Positions 46,623-56,400 of a stretch of DNA of 64,000 bases are shown here, piece by piece (position 1 is the first letter of the stretch; each line of letters opens with the position of its first letter). Made by a program: the position numbers and the translations under genes. Under the pieces are notes generated by a model. The model was not told where the DNA came from, searched no databases, and saw only the letters and a list, made by a program, of their open reading frames with translations. The stretch is taken from the sequence record PQ309151.1. One strand, given 5' to 3'.

Positions 46623-47915
46623 TTAGGAAGGCTGGCGCATCACGCCGACCATCACGTAGTTGTTGTTGCCGTCGATGATGGCTTGGTTCGTACCGTTCTG
46701 GTTCGAGACGAGAACGTAAGCGTACACGAGTTGGCCGTTGACCGTACCCTTGTAAGCTTTGTAGTGAACCACACCGCCGTCAACTGCCTTGCCGGCCGTC
46801 GTGAATGCGCTGAACAGAGCCGTATCCGATTCGCCGTTCGAGTACTGGACATTGCCCGAAGCGTCCCAGGTAGCGACGTCCTTCGTTGCGCAGTCTTGAT
46901 ACTCGTCGAACTGCTTGCCAGCGAGTTCCGTCGGGTCAGTAACTTCCGTCAGGTCGCTCGATGCGAACACATACTGACCCATCGATTTGCCGTTGTTCGA
47001 AGCACACAGCATGCCCACGCGGTTGCCCAGAGTGGAGATGACACCCGTGAACGAACCCGCATCGGTGAACGACGTCACATTGCCGTTTGCGTCGATGTTG
47101 GCCTTAGCCGACAGCGAACCGCGATTCGGGTCAGTGATGGCGATGCCGAACGTGTTGTCCAGGTTGATTGCCGAACCGATGTCAAACGACGTCATCGACG
47201 GAGTCGTGAAAGCCTTGGCTGCAAACGCTTGCTTGGTGAGCGTCGTGTCCGCAGTTGCAACCTTCGCCGACACGTCAGCCTGAGTCAGACCGGCGGCCTT
47301 GAGGGCCGTAGCGTACTGGTCGAGCAGTGCGTCGTTTGCGTCACCCTTCACCGCACCGAACGTGGAGTTGATGGGGTTGAAGTCCGATGCCAGTTGCAGC
47401 TGGCCCGGCAGCGTTGCGATTGCAGCCTTGACCTTCGTGAGCGAAGTTGCCAGCTTGTCCGAGGTAATGTTACCCGAGAGCGAGCCGCGCGTTGCGCTGT
47501 TGAAGAAGTCTGCCGGAGCCTGACCTGCCATCGCACCGACCATCGCATCCGTGAGCGGAGTGACGTTCGAAGTACCCGGAGCCGGAGCTACCGAATACAA
47601 TGCGTTCTGGAGGGCTTGGCCGTTCGCCTGACCGCCTGCGACCTGCAGGACACACGGATAGTCATCCGCACTCGCCGTGACGCTGTAGAGGCCGTTTGCG
47701 TCGGTCGTAGCGGTATGCGTATCGCCAGTCACGCACTTGAACGTGACAGTGCCGCCCACGATGGGCGCGCCGATTGCAGCCGTGCCACGAGTGACGACTT
47801 GCGGAACGTCCGGCGTATTGCTGCTTGCGTTGTTATTGGAACCACCACCGCCACCACCACATGCGGAGAGTGCGAGAGCTGCTGCCACGATAGCGGCGAT
47901 TTGAATCTTCTTCAT
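46623..47915 (-). CDS. Host-like lipoprotein with carboxypeptidase-regulatory-like N-terminal domain
   Basis: MKK plus hydrophobic core, lipobox LSAC and a GGGGG linker. GTAAIGAPI...TTDANGLY...NVTPLTD pattern. Confidence 0.85.
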   Translation of the reverse strand: MKKIQIAAIVAAALALSACGGGGGGSNNNASSNTPDVPQVVTRGTAAIGAPIVGGTVTFKCVTGDTHTATTDANGLYSVTASADDYPCVLQVAGGQANGQALQNALYSVAPAPGTSNVTPLTDAMVGAMAGQAPADFFNSATRGSLSGNITSDKLATSLTKVKAAIATLPGQLQLASDFNPINSTFGAVKGDANDALLDQYATALKAAGLTQADVSAKVATADTTLTKQAFAAKAFTTPSMTSFDIGSAINLDNTFGIAITDPNRGSLSAKANIDANGNVTSFTDAGSFTGVISTLGNRVGMLCASNNGKSMGQYVFASSDLTEVTDPTELAGKQFDEYQDCATKDVATWDASGNVQYSNGESDTALFSAFTTAGKAVDGGVVHYKAYKGTVNGQLVYAYVLVSNQNGTNQAIIDGNNNYVMVGVMRQPS

Positions 47916-47995
47916 TTTCTACGGTCCTTTTCTTATTAAGAAAAAAGCGGGCCCACCCTCGCAGGCCCTATTGCAAAAAGAGTTACTGCTACTGC

Positions 47996-48784
47996 TTACT
48001 GCGAACCGCCCTTGTTGGTGTCGGGCTGATTCAGTTCATGCTGACGCCGTGCGGCGTCACGACGTTCTTGACGACGATGCTGATGGCCGCCTTGACCGCC
48101 TTGATTTGCGTGCTGAAAAGCGCGTTGCATCTGGTTGCTGCCCATTTCGACTTCATGGCCAGCTTCGCCAACCGTACCGGTCGCTTCGACGATATGGCTC
48201 GGCGCCAGAACTTCAGCCGTCGACGAAACAACTTCGCGATCTTGCTGTTTGCGTTCGGCTGCCTTCGTGCCCGAATGCCACATCCAGTGAACCTGGTTGT
48301 CGCGCTCGATAATCACAGCCGTTGCCGGCGTGTGATCGTCTTCTTGCGGCTTGATCGGCTGGAAACCAAAGATACGATCGATGACCTTCAGGTCGGTCGT
48401 GGTCGGTGTCGTGAGATTCAGTTCACGCAGAATGTCCTCACTGGACGCCTTGATGCCGTGCACGTTCAACCACGGGCCGATCGAGTAGCACACGGCGACC
48501 AGATCTTGACCGAATGCCTTCACCCAGTACCACTTGCAGAAGTCGGGGTCGTTGATCACGACGAACTTGCCTTGCATCAGCTTCTCAGCCAGGTGAGTGG
48601 CCAAAGCAGGCACCTTCATCGAGATGCGTTTGTCGTTGCCGGCGGCACCGTCCATGTAGACGCTTGCGTAAGCGGTCATCAGCATGTCGAGGCTCAGGTC
48701 CTTCGGTTGAAGTTCCGTGACGCGCATGACTTGCTTGGTACGGTTGATGAGATAAGCGGACTTGTTTGCGGAAGTGATTTGCAT
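47996..48784 (-). CDS. Hypothetical protein with disordered Q/H/R-rich C-terminus
   Basis: Probable start MQITS at 48784 (GGAGA RBS). Confidence 0.7.
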   Translation of the reverse strand: MQITSANKSAYLINRTKQVMRVTELQPKDLSLDMLMTAYASVYMDGAAGNDKRISMKVPALATHLAEKLMQGKFVVINDPDFCKWYWVKAFGQDLVAVCYSIGPWLNVHGIKASSEDILRELNLTTPTTTDLKVIDRIFGFQPIKPQEDDHTPATAVIIERDNQVHWMWHSGTKAAERKQQDREVVSSTAEVLAPSHIVEATGTVGEAGHEVEMGSNQMQRAFQHANQGGQGGHQHRRQERRDAARRQHELNQPDTNKGGSQ

Positions 48785-48860
48785 GTTGTTTCTCCAGAAA
48801 GGAATTTTTGCCAAAAAAGATTTGATTGTAGAGCCGAGGCCGGTAAAACAGAAACCCATA

Positions 48861-48895
48861 CATAGCTCCTGAGCCCAAAGGCTCAGGAGCTATGC
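48861..48895. terminator. Long hairpin
   Basis: CATAGCTCCTGAGCCC-AAA-GGGCTCAGGAGCTATG, 16-bp stem. Confidence 0.8.
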
Positions 48896-48920
48896 TGGGG
48901 GTGCTTCTAGTCGGGCCGAA

Positions 48921-49430
48921 TTACTTCGAGCCGAATGCCGACGTGAACGTCGTGTTGATGGTGTCGCGCAGCTTGGACAGATCGCCGCGGCTGTTCTTCG
49001 AGCCGTAGGTGGCGAACTTGACGGTCGTCGAACCGTACACGTCCTTTTCACCGTCGACGACGAAGTTGCCCGATTCCTTGTCCAGCACGCGATTCGGAAC
49101 GCGCTTGTGGCGCTCGAACGAAACGTCGAGAACCGAGCGGCCCAGTTCGAACGTGACGGTCGCGGTGTTCAGGTCCTTGTGTTCCTTGAATGCGCGTTCG
49201 ACTTCGCGGCTGCCACCGTCGGTCGAACCGAGGATGAAGTCGCTGACGTAGTTCTGGTCGTCGATCATCTGATCGACATTGCGACCGTCTTCGGTCGCGA
49301 TCGTGCGGAACACGCTCTTGCGCAGATCCTTATCGAGTTCGCCCGTCGAATCGACCTTGCCCTTGATCAGGCCCTGGATGCGATCCGAAATCGATTGTGC
49401 GCGCGTGTTCAGCTTGAATTGTTCGCTCAT
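48921..49430 (-). CDS. Hypothetical protein, probably highly expressed
   Basis: 169 aa with strongly biased codon use like chimallin and PhuZ. Confidence 0.8.
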   Translation of the reverse strand: MSEQFKLNTRAQSISDRIQGLIKGKVDSTGELDKDLRKSVFRTIATEDGRNVDQMIDDQNYVSDFILGSTDGGSREVERAFKEHKDLNTATVTFELGRSVLDVSFERHKRVPNRVLDKESGNFVVDGEKDVYGSTTVKFATYGSKNSRGDLSKLRDTINTTFTSAFGSK

Positions 49431-49493
49431 CGCGATATTTCCTTTTTCGAAAGAAGGTTACTACGTTGGAAAAGTTAACTACGTTTTAGCTGG

Positions 49494-49931
49494 TTAGTTC
49501 CAGCGATCGCGAGGGTTGTTATAACTACCGCGACCTTGATACGACGACTTGCCATACGACTTCTTCTCGTAAGGCTTCGGAGCTTCGACGACGGGAGCAG
49601 GTGCACTCGGCGGCGGAGCAACGTACGGCTTTGCCTGGTTCAGGTTGTACTTCGTGACGAACTTCGCCTTGAAGCCTTTCACCGGATCCGGCTTGTCGCC
49701 GTCGGGGATATGGATGAACACGTACTTGCCTTCGTGAACTGTCACGATCGGCATCTTGTAGCGTTCTTGCCAGATCTCCGGCAGCTGTGAAGCATCGAAG
49801 GACACTTCGTGAAACTTGCTACCCGGCTCGATGTAAGTCGGGTTCGCTTTGCCGATAGCTTTTTCCAAGCCATCGAGCGTATACTCTTTGTCCAGGAATT
49901 TGATCATCCTGGAAGTCGCACCATTGGTCAT
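49494..49931 (-). CDS. Hypothetical protein with Pro linker and Y/G/S/R-rich tail
   Basis: 145 aa, first gene after the promoter at 50046. Confidence 0.75.
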   Translation of the reverse strand: MTNGATSRMIKFLDKEYTLDGLEKAIGKANPTYIEPGSKFHEVSFDASQLPEIWQERYKMPIVTVHEGKYVFIHIPDGDKPDPVKGFKAKFVTKYNLNQAKPYVAPPPSAPAPVVEAPKPYEKKSYGKSSYQGRGSYNNPRDRWN

Positions 49932-50045
49932 TTGATCCTCATTGTAAAATTGACCTGTGACTCATCTCTAAACCAGAGAGGTTGTCATTATTTTTTTACG
50001 AGCTCTGAACAGGATTATCAAAGTTTACTCAGGAAACTCATGTGT

Positions 50046-50068
50046 GTAATATGTGGTTGAAAATAAAT
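50046..50068 (-). promoter_or_regulatory. Putative early promoter
   Basis: Minus strand ATTTATTTTCAACCACATATTAC. Confidence 0.6.
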
Positions 50069-50077
50069 AGAAAGCAT

Positions 50078-50108
50078 AATCTACAGGGGCTTGTGGCCCC
50101 TGTAGATT
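50078..50108 (-). terminator. Terminator of the protease operon
   Basis: AATCTACAGGGGC...GCCCCTGTAGATT. Confidence 0.8.
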
Positions 50109-50118
50109 AGCATGACGA

Positions 50119-50901
50119 TTACAGCTTGGTGGTGTTCATCAGTTCGAAGAAGTTGCGACGCGCTTGTGGCGTATCACGAACTTCCCAACCCAGTGCGCCC
50201 ATGAGTGCCTGGATCGGTACCGCCACGGATTCGTTCGAACCCGGACGCTGACGGATGTTGCGGGCCGATTGCTGGATCGCGCCTTGCGTGAAGATCTTCG
50301 ACGCATGGCTTTCCAGCGAGGGCGAGTCGTACTTCGTGGCCATGGCAATGCCAGGCTCGTTCACGTAGTCAAACGTCACCACGTGTTTCATCTCCTTGAT
50401 CACGCGGCCACCGACTTTGTGCGGCATCGAGAAGCAACGGATCGAGAAGCACACGTTTTCGCTGCCGTTGTTGATTTGCTTATCCAGCGCATCACCATAC
50501 GGACCAGACGGTGCAACCGCGGACATGATCCCCACGATGGGACGGCCTTGACCATCCTTGTAGCGATCGAAGTCCAGGTAGATCTTCTTGTGATGGCAGC
50601 AGGCCGACTTCTCGTCGATCCGCAGCAGACGTTCCACGAACTTGTCGTCCGATTGGCCCGTCTCTTGGTTCGGGTGACCGTACTCACCACGCAGGACGCC
50701 CTTCGAAGCCATGCGAACCAGGTCGCTTGCTTCCGTGAAGAACTTCTTGCCGTAGTTGTAGTCGTAAAACTCACCCTTATTGTTGGTCATGTTCAGGGCG
50801 CCCACGATCATGTCGTAGTACCCGTCACTATTCTTTTTCAGAGTGCCTGCCGCGTTCCGACCATTCAGAACCTGACAGCTAAACTCAACGGCGCCTTGCA
50901 T
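50119..50901 (-). CDS. Prohead maturation protease (phiKZ gp175-like)
   Basis: GEYGHP (His), FSIR (Ser) and TFDYVNEPG motifs. Confidence 0.92.
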   Translation of the reverse strand: MQGAVEFSCQVLNGRNAAGTLKKNSDGYYDMIVGALNMTNNKGEFYDYNYGKKFFTEASDLVRMASKGVLRGEYGHPNQETGQSDDKFVERLLRIDEKSACCHHKKIYLDFDRYKDGQGRPIVGIMSAVAPSGPYGDALDKQINNGSENVCFSIRCFSMPHKVGGRVIKEMKHVVTFDYVNEPGIAMATKYDSPSLESHASKIFTQGAIQQSARNIRQRPGSNESVAVPIQALMGALGWEVRDTPQARRNFFELMNTTKL

Positions 50902-50921
50902 CTTTACCCTCTTTTCGAAAA

Positions 50922-51644
50922 TTACATACGGAGATATTCTTCGATTTGCTCGACACGCTCCGAGGGATTATTCAAGGCTGCAATGATACCCCGTTGCTGA
51001 TACGAACCCGCGATACGGGTAAGCGTCGAGCTGGCCGAGTACTCGATGGTACGAATCGAAGTCGGCACAGATTCTTTTTCGGTGAGGTCGGCTACCGTCT
51101 TTACTTCATGGCGGAAGTACTTGGAGCGGTCCTTCGCCAGACGTGTGTTGGTCGCGACAATCAGTTCAGTAATTTCGCACTGTTCCGTGATGTTCGTTCC
51201 AGCGTGTTTCACTGCCGAATCGAACACCTTGCAACGGTCCAGGTAATTCATGAACCAGGGCACACGAGCCTTAGCGATGATCTCGGTAAAGATGTGGTAA
51301 ACGAGACCACTGTTCTTCACCAGGTCCATGCTCGGACACACAACCGTATTCTTGTCGAAGTTGTAGAGGACATAGATGTCCCCATCGACGTCAACTTCCG
51401 AAATGGATGTCGGCGTCAGCGGAATGAACGCATTCGTCATGGTGATGAAATAGCGGTTGCCCACAATCCATGCACAAATGCCGATGGTCTTGTTTTCGGA
51501 TCCGATCGTCGCGAGCTTCACTTCGACGAAACGTTTGGGGATCATGATCGAGCAAGCATCTGCTGCCATGAGAGCCCCAGTCTTCGTCGTAACGAAACTA
51601 CGCTTCGCGACTTCCGGGTCACGAGTGAGTTTCGTGACGTCCAT
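50922..51644 (-). CDS. Conserved head protein, putative virion-RNAP accessory subunit (phiKZ gp176-like)
   Basis: 240 aa between the protease and the gp177-like gene. C-terminal PSERVEQIEEYLRM. Confidence 0.65.
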   Translation of the reverse strand: MDVTKLTRDPEVAKRSFVTTKTGALMAADACSIMIPKRFVEVKLATIGSENKTIGICAWIVGNRYFITMTNAFIPLTPTSISEVDVDGDIYVLYNFDKNTVVCPSMDLVKNSGLVYHIFTEIIAKARVPWFMNYLDRCKVFDSAVKHAGTNITEQCEITELIVATNTRLAKDRSKYFRHEVKTVADLTEKESVPTSIRTIEYSASSTLTRIAGSYQQRGIIAALNNPSERVEQIEEYLRM

Positions 51645-53077
51645 TAGCCGATTTCGATCTGGTCAGCGAACCATTCTGCGACGTAGTCCACCACCGCCAG
51701 GTTCAGCGCGTCTTCCGTGGTGATCTGGTCGTTGGCTGCCATTGCCGCGTTCACGCCACGCAGGATCGTGATTGCATCCGTGTGGTTGAACATCGTCATG
51801 CAGACGGCTTTCATCGCCAGAATGTCGATGTCCTTCAGTTCTGGATTGTAGACGTGGGACACGAAGTCTTCCACGTTGTCCAGAATGCGGTTGACGTTGG
51901 CGCGGATGATTTCGTCATCCGTCGTACGAACGTACTGGCGGATGTAGCTGTCGATCGCACGGCGAACCGAAATCAGCATACCGCTTTCGGTGTTCTGCTT
52001 GGCGAGCGTGACTTGGTAAGCCCACGCCTGCTTGTAGCGTTCCGTGCCGGCCACGATGTCTTCGAGGTAGGTCTTGCGATCGCCCGAGATTGCAGCGCCC
52101 AGAACCGTCTCGACATCACCACCTTCTTCCATGAAACGGTCGTACACAGCCTTGTTCACGAAGACCGTCTTGTTGTCGATCTTCTCGATCAACTTGCCGA
52201 GCTTCATTTGCTGGTTGTTGTACTCCATCGCGATGTAGAGCGAAGAGCCAGCAACTTCGACCAGGTTCTTCAGAGCGTACGTGTACTTCGCGCTCGACAG
52301 ACCCGTCACGCCCGTACCGGTGGGCAGACCTTCACCGCCGATCAGCAGACGGTCAGCGATCAGGAAAGTCGCAAAGTTGCGAGCCTGACCCTTCACGCGA
52401 TCCACGCGGAATTCGTCGTACGTCTTGAACTGGTTCGACTGATGAGCGAACACCGTGTCCCAGACTTCGCGGATGAGCTCGATGCCTTCGTTGGCCACGA
52501 ACTGGTCGATAGCCGTATCGTAGGCTTCCGCGCCGATCTTCAGGATGCCGAGCAGCTGTTCGTCCGTTTGTTCCGGATAGTCCAGCACCAGCACCTGGTT
52601 GTCTTGCGGCTTGATCGAGGCGAACTGTTCGAGCTTGTTGGCGATTGCCGGAACGTCGAACAGGGGCGAGCCCGTCATCATTTCGATCGTGTAGCTGCGA
52701 ACGCCCGTACGCTCATCGATGTCCATGACTTCTTTGAGCTTGTTGTGCAGTTCGTGCACAGCCGGAATCACGACCGTGGTCGCGAATGCCACATGACCAG
52801 CCAGAGCCGTGCCAAGAGCAGCGGAAGCCGATTCCATGTAGCAGTCGTGCATGTGTTCTTGCACTTCGCCGTTGACGATCTGCGTTTCGTTGCCCTGGTA
52901 GATCTGAGCCGGCAGCTTGTCGATCTCGCTCAGGCAATCGATTGCACTGCCCCAGATGTGGGTAGCAGCCATTGCTTCAGCGATCGGCGAACCAGCCTTC
53001 GGGCGCAGCGACACGCCTTTGTCGGCGAGAATCGCGACGAGGTCTTTCGAGGAGTTCAGTGCTTCGAGAGTCAGCAT
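51644..53077 (-). CDS. Internal head protein (phiKZ gp177-like)
   Basis: 477 aa, by synteny. Confidence 0.65.
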   Translation of the reverse strand: MLTLEALNSSKDLVAILADKGVSLRPKAGSPIAEAMAATHIWGSAIDCLSEIDKLPAQIYQGNETQIVNGEVQEHMHDCYMESASAALGTALAGHVAFATTVVIPAVHELHNKLKEVMDIDERTGVRSYTIEMMTGSPLFDVPAIANKLEQFASIKPQDNQVLVLDYPEQTDEQLLGILKIGAEAYDTAIDQFVANEGIELIREVWDTVFAHQSNQFKTYDEFRVDRVKGQARNFATFLIADRLLIGGEGLPTGTGVTGLSSAKYTYALKNLVEVAGSSLYIAMEYNNQQMKLGKLIEKIDNKTVFVNKAVYDRFMEEGGDVETVLGAAISGDRKTYLEDIVAGTERYKQAWAYQVTLAKQNTESGMLISVRRAIDSYIRQYVRTTDDEIIRANVNRILDNVEDFVSHVYNPELKDIDILAMKAVCMTMFNHTDAITILRGVNAAMAANDQITTEDALNLAVVDYVAEWFADQIEIG

Positions 53078-53090
53078 GATTTTTGATTCC

Positions 53091-53363
53091 TTACTTGGCG
53101 ATGACGTTGGGGTTCACGGCACCGCTTTGGTGTTCGCCAGTACGCACCGACTTGTTGAACTGACCCGAAGGCATGCCGCGCAGCTGGCCTTCGAGTTTCT
53201 TGTGGACCTTCATCATGAAGACGCGGTACACCGTGTCGCGTGCCGACGGCTGGCCGAAGAAGTTGCGCACGTTCTCGTTGGTCATCATCGATGCCACAGT
53301 GTTGCGCGTCAGCTCGGCACCGTTAGCCAGAACGGCCATGTTGGTTTGAGGAGCGGATTGCAT
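53091..53363 (-). CDS. Small hypothetical protein
   Basis: 90 aa with AGGA RBS. Confidence 0.65.
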   Translation of the reverse strand: MQSAPQTNMAVLANGAELTRNTVASMMTNENVRNFFGQPSARDTVYRVFMMKVHKKLEGQLRGMPSGQFNKSVRTGEHQSGAVNPNVIAK

Positions 53364-53406
53364 AATTGATTCCTGTTAAAAAAGATGCTGATTTCTCGAC
53401 AGACAT

Positions 53407-53435
53407 AAATGGGTGAGGACTCGCCTCACCCATTT
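53407..53435. terminator. Hairpin after the vRNAP beta gene
   Basis: AAATGGGTGAGG-ACTCG-CCTCACCCATTT. Confidence 0.75.
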
Positions 53436-53443
53436 TTCGTTTA

Positions 53444-56400
53444 TTACGAGTCGTATGCAGCCACTACAAGCTCTGCGCCCTTCATCAGAATGGCAGTGGT
53501 CGTGCCAACGATGTCAGGTGAGTTCACAATACGACGTGCGATCGACGTGTAGCTGAAGCGACCAAGAATCTTGGTGCCGTCTTCCGCCTTCATGGGTTCC
53601 TTGATGACCTTGCCGATAATCGACTTCAGCTGGTTCACCAGAACGATCTTGTCACCCACGCCAGCAGGCTCCGGGCCAGTGATGTAGATACGAATTGCTA
53701 CCGAGTCCAGAGGAATCGAATTCCCCTTAACCTTGAAGCCTTCGTCCACTTCACCAGTCACTACCTTCTTACCGGAAGACTTCCGGCGATGAGCGATTTC
53801 ACGGTCAGACGCAGAGACAATCTTCTTGATGCTTTCAGACATGTCTTCTTTGTCGCCGCGATAGAACACCTCGATGCGTTCAATTACGCCGTCGTATTTC
53901 GCTTTCGGAGCTTGAGAGCCGAGGGCTTTCAAACTATCAATGTCTGCCTCATCATAGAGATCGAGACCGGATGTGATCTCGTCCTGAATGATACACAGGA
54001 CATCGTCATATTTGACTGCTTCACCGACTTTGATCAGGCGAGCAATCGCCTGTTTGAACGACACGATAATCGTTCGTTGTTTTGTCTGTTCCGTCATCAG
54101 CATGTCCGCAAGTTCTTGCGAGATCACGCTAGCATCTTCAATCACGTCAGCAGGTTCGCAAAGAGCGAAGTGAGCGTAGGTGCCGTTACACCACACTACC
54201 TGACGAGGATTCAGAGTGTCGGGTTTGAAGAAGCCCTTGTTGAAGGTAATTGCATCGCCTTCCAGGATCTTCGTACCAGCTTTGAGGTTCGTGACCAGAG
54301 TATGCGGAATCGTCATACCGGCGTTTTCACCGTACTGACGACCAAGCGGATAACCCTTAGTCGTTCCGTCTTCATACTGGACAGTAATGCCGTGATCGGT
54401 GACTTCCAGAACCTTGCCTTTCTGCTTGGCAGTCACGGCGAACAGTTCGCTCGCCCGGTGAGGAATCACGCGATCGTATCCAGTCGACAGGATGTTTTCC
54501 ATCTGACCAGTCACAGCCACGCCGTGCTCATGCTGAATGGAAATAAAGCCCATCCGTTTCATGTCGTCACGGGTAGCACCTGGAGAAGCCAATACGCTCG
54601 ACGAGAAGATGGAGCTCATGGAGAGATCCTTCTCATCAGGCGCCACAGGCATGCCCAGCGTGTTGTTCAGTTGAGGATTCGGTGCGAGATAGGTGTTGAT
54701 ACCCACTTCGCCGGAGTCCTTCGTAGCTTCAGAGATGATGCCGATGTCGTTCTTCCCGTATTCACGGGTAGCGGCAGTCATGGTGTCTTTCGAACGACCA
54801 CCTGCGCCAGTGAACGTGACTTCCTCGCGCATCTTCAGGTTTGCGATCGGGTTGATGTCCTTCACCACCACAATCGACGGATCTTCCGCAAGCGATTGCC
54901 AGATGGCGAACGGTTTCATTTCAACCGGATAACGACTCTTGCCAGGACGTGCATTGTGAGCACGCATGGAGCGCACCAGTTCCTGATAAACCGCACCAGC
55001 GATCCGCTCGTAACCCTTGATGCGCATTTCGCTCATGTCGAGTTCCGGACGGTGCATGTCGTCCAGGAGCAGTTCCGTCGCAAAGACCAGAATGCCCATG
55101 AAGTCAGTCGGTTCCTTCAGGTGGAGCAGCACTTCCTTGGTGATCGGATCGACGAACATGTCACGAGCCAAGGTGATTTCGCGCAGAACGCGAGTACCAC
55201 CACCCGTCGTATCCAGAACGTTCTGATAAACGCCTGGATGATCGAAGTCCGTGATCGAGAAACCACGAATGATCCGACGGAATTCCTGGAAGCCGCCCAA
55301 GAGCAGGCAAGCAAGACGATCGTTCTTGGAGAACAGGAGCGTTTCGTCACTGAAGACGAGTGCTACTTCGTCAGGCTGTTGTTGTGTCCGCGTACCAACC
55401 GGCACACGACGGGTCTTGATCTTCAGACGCCTGATGAGTTCCGTAAGACCATAGTCCCAGGCGAGAATCATGCCGATCGGCACGTACTTACCGGCGAGTT
55501 TGATCTCAACGAATTCCGCAGGCATGCCCGACATATCGAGCCCAAGGATTTCTTCCATCTCACCCAGAGGCTTGACCTGTTCACCTTGAATCAGGTAGAA
55601 CGAATCGCCTTCGTAGTAGATGATTTTCTTTTTGTCTGAGATCGCGATCGGAACAAAACCTTTCTTGATCCAGGGACCGACGATTTCCGGATTGAAGTTC
55701 TCATCGATCTTCGAGAGATCCAGATGGAATACGAACTTCTCCTTCTCCACATTCTGCAACGTGAACTCTTTGATCTGGTGCGCGAGCGCCGACACAGAGC
55801 GAGGAGCCTTGATGTTCATGTGGAAGACATTTGCTGTCTTGATATCCGTCACAGTGTCGATCGAGTTATCGAAACCCAACGACATCACTTCGTTGATCAA
55901 CCATTGCTGGTAATCATTGACGGCTTTGCGGCTACGGTAGATGAAGAACTTGCCGTAGTAGCTGGTGATTGCCACGCGGTTCGGTGCCACCTTACGGATC
56001 GGGAAGTCGCCACGCTGATTACGCATTGCATACTTCACGCCGTTGGCAGTGTACGTACCGTCTTCGTTGATTTCAGGAATCGGAAAACGCAACGTCGTCG
56101 GCGCGCCTTCAACAGGCACAATGCGAGCAACGAAGTTCTGATTCGAACCCTGAATCGTCTCGGTCTTTTCGACTTCGAGGTGATCCAGCATAACGTTCGC
56201 ACTCTGAACGTGCGTGATCATCCTGAGGATGTGTTTGGGCAGCGTGTGCTTGATGTACTTCTGCTGACTCACTTCGATCGAGGAGTGCAGCATCGATTGA
56301 TCCACAACCACTGCATTGGGAGCAGCAATGTGTTTCGTATCGACATGAAGCTCATGCGGCTCGATGTGCATTGCATCGACGAGCGTACCCTTCCCACCGA

